This document shows positions 58,322 through 64,000 of a DNA stretch of 64,000 bases, in pieces. Under the pieces are notes generated by a model that saw only the letters and a list, made by a program, of their open reading frames with translations, was not told the origin of the DNA and did not search any database. Both the position numbers and the translations under genes were made by a program. Within the stretch, counting starts at the first letter, position 1. Every line of letters begins with the position of its first letter. The DNA is from an uncultured Gemmatimonadales bacterium (GTDB taxonomy: Bacteria; Gemmatimonadota; Gemmatimonadetes; Gemmatimonadales; GWC2-71-9): contig CAWCFX010000001.1 in the NCBI GenBank assembly GCA_963795085.1, positions 640,001 through 704,000 of the forward strand. Direction: 5' to 3'.

Positions 58322-60172
58322 GTGACCCGAAGCGTCCTGCTGGCCCTGCTTTCAAGTGCGATTCCCCTCGCTGTCACGGCTCAGCAGCCTTTCGATCACT
58401 ATGCCGAGGCCGTGGCGCTTCGGTACTCGGCCGGGCAGCCGGTGGTGAGTTATACCCTCCGCATTGACTCCACCGATCTTCGCTCCTGGTCCGTGGCGAT
58501 GACTCTGCGGAACCTGCCTGACACCTTTCACCTGGCCATGGCCGCGCACCCGGAGTATGACGACCGGTTCTATCGTCAGGTCACGGACATCGCGGTCACT
58601 TCCTCGGAAGGAACCGGGTCGGTGGCACGGTCGGACAGTGCAGTGTGGCGAGTGGTGGCGCCCGGAGGAGCCGCGCTGGTCCGCTACCGTATCACCCTGC
58701 CAGCGCCCGCGACGCCTCCCCGCGGGGCCTGGCGGCCCTTTCTGACGCCGACCGGCGGTCTCACCGGCGGTCCCCACGCCTTCATGTACGTACTCGGCGG
58801 AGAACTGGCTCCGGCTCACGTGCGGCTCGATCTGCCTCGTTCGTGGGATGTGGCCACCGGCCTCGAGCCGACAGCGGATCCCCTGGTCTTTCATGCACCA
58901 ACCGTGCACGTCCTGGTGGAATCTCCGCTGCTGGTCGGCCTCTTCAGCGAGTGGCATTTCATGGTGGACGCGGTGCCCCACCGGGTTGTGTACTGGCGGA
59001 GCCCCACCGGGACGCCATTTGACACCGTCGGCTTCGTCGAGGGCATTGAGCGGCTGACCCGCGAGGCAGTCGCTCTTTTCGGGCGCCCGCCGTACCGGGA
59101 GTTCACGTTCCTGTTTCAGGATGACGCCTACGGTGGCCTGGAGCATCCCAACTCGGTCACCCTGGGGGCGGAGAGCCGCCTGCTCGCCCGGGACCCCCTC
59201 GCCACGCTGGACGAAACCAGCCACGAGTTCTTTCATACCTGGAACCTGATGCGCATTCGTCCCGAGGAGTACCGGGACGTCTCCCACCAGACCCAGCCGC
59301 CCACGGCGGGACTCTGGTTCAGCGAGGGACTCACCATGTACTACGCGGACCTGCTGCTGCGGCGGACCGGCCTCCCGGTGCCCGGTACGGACCGGATCGA
59401 GCATCTGCAGGCGCTCATCACCCGGTATCTCGCCTCGCCCGGCAACTATCGCTTCTCGGCGGAGTCGTTGAGCCGGGTGGAATACAATGTGGGGCCGATA
59501 GCCCTGGGCGATTATACGGCCAGCACCCACCTGGTGGGCGAGCTGCTGGGCGGCATGCTCGACCTCGAGGTGAGACGGGCAACCGCCGGCGGCCGCTCCA
59601 TGGACGATGTGATGCGGCTGATGCTGGCGCGGTCCGGCGGCCCCCGCGGGTTTAACGGGAAGGATGTGGAGGATGTGGTGGAGGAGGTCTGCGGCTGCGA
59701 GGTCTCGCCGTTCTTCGCGCAGCACGTGCGCGGGGGCGGATCGCCCATCGATTTCGATCGCTACCTCGCCGCGATCGGCATGCGGGTCGAAGTGAAGTGG
59801 GAGCCCGCGTTAGTGAACGGACTGCCCGAACCCGACCTCCGAATCTGGGCCTGGGAGCCGGAGGGGGAGACCGGTTTGCGGCTGATCGTCGGTCACCCCG
59901 AAACCTCCTGGACCCGCGCCGGGCTGCACAGTGGTGACCGGGTGATCTCGATCGACGGACGTCCGGTGCGGACCTGGCCCGAGTTCCGTGGTGCGCTGAG
60001 GCAGAGCCGGATCGGTGACACGCTCGCCTTCGAGATCCGGGGGGAGCGCGGGCCCCTTACCCGGCTGGTGACCGTCTCCGGTTACCAGCGTCCCGCCGTA
60101 TCCCTCATTCAACTGGCCGAGGCCACCCCGGCCCAAATCGAATTGCGCAGGCGATGGCTCAGTGCCCGCTGA
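58322..60172 (+). CDS. M61 glycyl aminopeptidase-like metallopeptidase with PDZ domain
   Basis: GGLEH, HEFFHTWN, LWFSEGLT.YY, AGLHSGDRVISIDG. Confidence 0.92.
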   Translation: MTRSVLLALLSSAIPLAVTAQQPFDHYAEAVALRYSAGQPVVSYTLRIDSTDLRSWSVAMTLRNLPDTFHLAMAAHPEYDDRFYRQVTDIAVTSSEGTGSVARSDSAVWRVVAPGGAALVRYRITLPAPATPPRGAWRPFLTPTGGLTGGPHAFMYVLGGELAPAHVRLDLPRSWDVATGLEPTADPLVFHAPTVHVLVESPLLVGLFSEWHFMVDAVPHRVVYWRSPTGTPFDTVGFVEGIERLTREAVALFGRPPYREFTFLFQDDAYGGLEHPNSVTLGAESRLLARDPLATLDETSHEFFHTWNLMRIRPEEYRDVSHQTQPPTAGLWFSEGLTMYYADLLLRRTGLPVPGTDRIEHLQALITRYLASPGNYRFSAESLSRVEYNVGPIALGDYTASTHLVGELLGGMLDLEVRRATAGGRSMDDVMRLMLARSGGPRGFNGKDVEDVVEEVCGCEVSPFFAQHVRGGGSPIDFDRYLAAIGMRVEVKWEPALVNGLPEPDLRIWAWEPEGETGLRLIVGHPETSWTRAGLHSGDRVISIDGRPVRTWPEFRGALRQSRIGDTLAFEIRGERGPLTRLVTVSGYQRPAVSLIQLAEATPAQIELRRRWLSAR

Positions 60173-60201
60173 GGCCGGCGTTGCCTGGCCCCGTGACGCA
60201 G

Positions 60202-60233
60202 CATGCCCCGCTTGCTCAGGCAAGCGGGGCATG
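60202..60233. terminator. Perfect 14-bp hairpin between convergent genes
   Basis: CATGCCCCGCTTGC-TCAG-GCAAGCGGGGCATG. Confidence 0.75.
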
Positions 60234-60257
60234 TTGTAGCCATCGCGCGAACCAGGT

Positions 60258-60842
60258 TCAGGTGGCGGGAACCAGGCCGACCTGCATCGAGAACCGGACC
60301 AGTCCCGCCAGGTCCCGGATACCGACCCGCTTCATCACCTGTGCCCGGTGGGTCTCGACGGTCTTCACGGACAAATTGAGACGTTCCGCGATCACCCGGG
60401 TCGATGAGCCAGACGAAAGCAACTGCAGGACCTCCATCTGGCGGTTGGACAGCTTGCGGAGGGGGGCCCGCTCTTCCAGCGCCTCCTGGATGGCCGGCCG
60501 GAGGCGGGCCATGTCGCCGACGCTGATAAAATCGGCGGCCCCCGCCTTCAGGGCCTCAATGGCGGAGGCGTTGCAGTCCCGGGCCACAATCAGGAAGGGA
60601 CTGCCGGGCCGCCGCCGCTGCGCCATGCTGAGCGCTTCCAGGAGCGGCGGTTCGCCCTCCGGCGTGGCGAGAATGACGTGAGGCGCGAAGGCCTCCAGCG
60701 CGCCCTGGTACGCCGCGGCGGAATCCGCCCGGCGCACAACCCAGGGCTCTTCACCTTCTTCCAGGACGCGGAGAACCTCCTCGGCAATCCCGTCACTATT
60801 GGCGAGCAGGACTCTGAGGTCCCGCGAGGCGTCGTTTGGCAT
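60258..60842 (-). CDS. LuxR/NarL family regulator with atypical receiver domain
   Basis: LSNRQMEVL..IAERLNLSVKTVETHR HTH; receiver lacks the usual acidic residues. Confidence 0.9.
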   Translation of the reverse strand: MPNDASRDLRVLLANSDGIAEEVLRVLEEGEEPWVVRRADSAAAYQGALEAFAPHVILATPEGEPPLLEALSMAQRRRPGSPFLIVARDCNASAIEALKAGAADFISVGDMARLRPAIQEALEERAPLRKLSNRQMEVLQLLSSGSSTRVIAERLNLSVKTVETHRAQVMKRVGIRDLAGLVRFSMQVGLVPAT

Positions 60843-60925
60843 GGCTCAACATGGAGCACTGCAGGTCCGGGAACCGTGATGTTGGCTACATTTCGTGGAA
60901 GGTTTTACCCCAAAAAGTGTGATCT

Positions 60926-62251
60926 ATGTTGCGTTGGAGTGGCTTAGGCGCCTGTTTGGCCATGTTGACCGCCGGCTGCGGCGCGGGGCTGACACCGCCC
61001 GGACCAGTCGGGGAGACCCCCTGCTACGTGGCTGGGGAAGCCGGCTTTCGGGATACGGTCACCATCGCCTTCACCGACGTATTGCATCCCGCCCACCAGC
61101 CCGTTCCCCTGAACGACGCCGAACGCCTGCTCTTTCGGCACCAGTACGCCACCTTGATCCGGCTGGACTGCCAGGGCCGGGCCACACCGGATGCGGCCGT
61201 CACCTGGTCGCGCGACTCCACGGGGTACTCCTGGTCGTTCACCCTCGACAGCCTGGCACTGTCCGGTGGGGCGCCGCGTAATGCCGCCGATATGGTGACG
61301 GGATGGGACAGCCGCAGGACCGAAGGGCTCTGGCCCTGGCGCAGGATCCTATCGGTGCGGGCTACCGGACGGTACTCGATTGAGATCCGGCTCGATAGCA
61401 TCTTCGGGACAGTGCCGGAGGTTTTCGCCGACCTTGCCCTGGCCATTCACCACCCCGCGCCGCCCGGCCGCACGCCGCCGCCATCCGGCCGGTTTCGCGA
61501 GTTCCTCCACGCCCGACCCACCACCGGTCCGATCCTGGATCTGATCCTCCTGGTGCCCGCCGATACCCCGGCCCGTTCGCCGGTGCTCCGGTTTCAGGGC
61601 CTTCGGCGCGGACTCGATCCCCGTGATCTCCTGGACCTGCCGGCCGTGGGCGCGCTCCGGCCCGCCGATTTCGTGATCACCCGGGATGCCGATGCCGTGG
61701 CCTATGCCGGTGCTCGCGCCGGGTTCCGGACCATCCCGCTGGCGTGGGACCGGTCCTACCTGCTCGTCTCCCCTCTCGCCCTGGACGCCCTGGACGGTAT
61801 CGAGAGCCCGGACTTCCGGGAGTCGCTTGCCCGGGAGACGCTGCGCGACGAGGCCCGGCCGCCGGCGCCCCCGTTTACGTGGAATAGCCAGGACTGCAGC
61901 ACCCGGCCGCTCCGTCCCATGGGCCGACTGTCCCAGGTTGTTTACCCGCTCGACGATGACGTGGCTCGGCAACTGGCCGAACGGCTGGTCGCTCTCCGCT
62001 TTCCCGCCTACCGGGCGCTAGGCCTGTTGCCCGATCCGTTGGCGGCGTCACTCGCCGCCGGTGAGGCGGCGCTGTACGTGGTCCCCGTGAACCGCACCCC
62101 CGCGGCGGGTTGTCACGGATTCCCGGCATCGCCCGCCGGGTCCAGGGTGATTCCGCTGGTGGATTCCCGGGCCCATGCCATCGTTCGCGACGGCGTCCCT
62201 CCCTTCTATATCGAAGCGGATGGATCGGTGCGATTCCCGGTTGCCCCATGA
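60926..62251 (+). CDS. Lipoprotein resembling a degenerate family-5 solute-binding protein
   Basis: Lipobox TAGC; LFRHQYATLIRLDCQG..A..W..WSFTL pattern. Confidence 0.7.
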   Translation: MLRWSGLGACLAMLTAGCGAGLTPPGPVGETPCYVAGEAGFRDTVTIAFTDVLHPAHQPVPLNDAERLLFRHQYATLIRLDCQGRATPDAAVTWSRDSTGYSWSFTLDSLALSGGAPRNAADMVTGWDSRRTEGLWPWRRILSVRATGRYSIEIRLDSIFGTVPEVFADLALAIHHPAPPGRTPPPSGRFREFLHARPTTGPILDLILLVPADTPARSPVLRFQGLRRGLDPRDLLDLPAVGALRPADFVITRDADAVAYAGARAGFRTIPLAWDRSYLLVSPLALDALDGIESPDFRESLARETLRDEARPPAPPFTWNSQDCSTRPLRPMGRLSQVVYPLDDDVARQLAERLVALRFPAYRALGLLPDPLAASLAAGEAALYVVPVNRTPAAGCHGFPASPAGSRVIPLVDSRAHAIVRDGVPPFYIEADGSVRFPVAP

Positions 62252-63891
62252 CCTTCCGCACCCGGGTCGCCCTGGCCGTCGCCGTCGGGTCGTTGCTGCC
62301 TCTCGTCCTTCTCGCCGTGGGCGTCCGGCGCGAGATGACCTCCCGGCTGGAACGCCAGGCCGAGCTGGAGGTGCGTCGCCAGGCGGGGGAGATCGGCCGC
62401 CGACTGGCCTCCCAACACTCCGCCACGAGCGAACAACTGCGGCGGCTGGCGATAGCCCTGGCTGACGACAACCGCTTCCGGCTTGCGATCGCCGCCGATC
62501 CGGCCGACGCGTGGATCCGCGATTGGGCCTCCCGGGCGATGGAGCCGGCCGGTCTGGCGGTGCTCGAGCTGCAGGACAGCGCCGGCCGGGTCCTGAGTTC
62601 GGGGCACTTCCGGAACGAGTTCGGGCTGGACCATCGCGGGTTGGTCACGGCGCTGACCACGACCGGCACGCCGCCGGTCCTGATTCGGGCCAGCACACCC
62701 AACGGCCCGGTTGAGGTGCTCGGCGTGGCCCACCGGTTCATGGTCGCCGGCCGGAGCTACCTGCTCCTGGGGGGCCGGGGACTGGATCTTGCGCCGGGGG
62801 GAGACGGATCGGATGTCGCGGCCACTCTGCAGCTTGAAGCGCCACCGCCCGCGCCGACCCCCGCCGTGGTGGCGCGGTTTCCGTTGCGGCTGGTGGCCAG
62901 CGCCGAGCCGCATGCTATCCGCGATGTGGCGGTCGTCCTGACCCGGGACCTTTCATCGCTTGCCGAGCTTCGCCGGGGCGTGGATCGCTGGTTTCTGATC
63001 GCCGCCGCCGTGCTGGTTGCCCTGGCGATCCTGCTCTCGCTCTGGTTGTCCGACCGGGTGACCCGGCCCATCGCCGAACTGGCGGCCCGGACCTCCCACG
63101 TCGATCTGGACCGGCTTGACCAGACTTTTTCGACGGGCCGGGATGATGAGATTGGTGGCCTGGCCAAACTGCTCGATGCCATGACCGCCCGGCTGCGGGC
63201 CAGCGCCGCCCGGCTGCGCGAATCCGAGCGGCGCGCCATCACCGGCGACCTGGCCCGGCAGGTCAATCACGACATAAAGAACGGGCTGGCACCCATCCGG
63301 CATGTGCTGCGGCACCTGGGCCAGGTGGCCCGGGAGCAGCCGGACCGGCTGGCCGCCGTGTACCGGGAACGGCAGGGAACTCTGGATTCGAGCACTGAGT
63401 ACCTGGAGAACCTGAGCCGCAATTATGCCAGGCTGTCGCCTGCCGCCGGGGAGGGGACCGCCGATGTCCGCCAGCTGTTGGCGGAGATGGCAACAGCTCA
63501 TGGGCAGGACGGGGTCGCGGTGCAGGTGCTGGCCGGGCCTGCCAACCTGGAGGCGGGGGCCGATCCGGTTATTCTCAGGCGCATCATGGAGAATCTGTGC
63601 CGGAACGCGGTGGAGGCCGCCCGGGAAACCGGCGGAAGGGTCACTTTGCAGGCCGAGTCCCCTCATGCAGGCTCCCTGCGCCTTACCGTGGAGGATGACG
63701 GTCCGGGCATGACCGAAGCGCAACTCAGCCGGGCCTTCGACGATTTCTACACGACCCGGGCCGGCGGAACCGGCCTGGGGCTCTCCGTGGTCCGGCGGCT
63801 GGTGGCCGACCTCGGCGGTTCGCTCCGGGTGGAAACCGCTCCCGGCCGCGGCAGCCGCTTCATCGTCGAACTGCCGGCGGTGCCGGCATGA
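62248..63891 (+). CDS. HAMP-domain sensor histidine kinase
   Basis: 2 TM, HAMP, ARQVNHDIKN, NLCRNAVEA, DDGPGM, GTGLGL; ATGA overlaps on both sides. Confidence 0.93.
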   Translation: MTFRTRVALAVAVGSLLPLVLLAVGVRREMTSRLERQAELEVRRQAGEIGRRLASQHSATSEQLRRLAIALADDNRFRLAIAADPADAWIRDWASRAMEPAGLAVLELQDSAGRVLSSGHFRNEFGLDHRGLVTALTTTGTPPVLIRASTPNGPVEVLGVAHRFMVAGRSYLLLGGRGLDLAPGGDGSDVAATLQLEAPPPAPTPAVVARFPLRLVASAEPHAIRDVAVVLTRDLSSLAELRRGVDRWFLIAAAVLVALAILLSLWLSDRVTRPIAELAARTSHVDLDRLDQTFSTGRDDEIGGLAKLLDAMTARLRASAARLRESERRAITGDLARQVNHDIKNGLAPIRHVLRHLGQVAREQPDRLAAVYRERQGTLDSSTEYLENLSRNYARLSPAAGEGTADVRQLLAEMATAHGQDGVAVQVLAGPANLEAGADPVILRRIMENLCRNAVEAARETGGRVTLQAESPHAGSLRLTVEDDGPGMTEAQLSRAFDDFYTTRAGGTGLGLSVVRRLVADLGGSLRVETAPGRGSRFIVELPAVPA

Positions 63892-64000
63892 GCCGGATTC
63901 TCCTGGTGGACGATATGGCGGCAATGGCCGACCAGTATGCCTACGACCTGCGTCGGCTGGGGGGCCACGAGACCCTGGTGGCCACCAATGGCCCCGCGGC
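63888..64000 (+). CDS. Response regulator, N-terminal fragment (runs off the window)
   Basis: MSRILLVDD.. start overlapping the kinase stop. Confidence 0.8.
   Translation, partial: MSRILLVDDMAAMADQYAYDLRRLGGHETLVATNGPA

Overview
High-GC bacterial chromosome segment. The gene repertoire (6-bladed propeller lipoproteins, a PknB-type kinase, Ig-repeat lipoproteins, DUF885, M28/M61 peptidases) suggests Gemmatimonadota; this is an inference. It holds about 50 CDS and three tRNAs (Thr-CGT, Leu-GAG, Pro-GGG). I saw no CRISPR, rRNA, integrase or IS. Highlights: (1) an AhpD/CMD-family gene the ORF track splits, with an in-frame C-H-Y-TGA and a SECIS-like hairpin, probably a selenoprotein; (2) a ~140-nt multi-stem, apparently pseudoknotted RNA-like leader directly upstream of a protein with an Arg/Lys-rich 'KRIVRARM..TGESYTAAR' N-terminal motif; (3) a DUF559 nuclease flanked by REP-like palindromes, plus several skewed micro-repeat hairpins in intergenic gaps; (4) a coupled HEAT-repeat/HD-GYP pair with homologous-looking N-termini; (5) a 2,360-aa Ig-repeat surface lipoprotein with a shorter paralog. 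Three genes carry single-base frameshifts that look like sequencing errors. All family calls come from motif recognition by eye, not from database searches.
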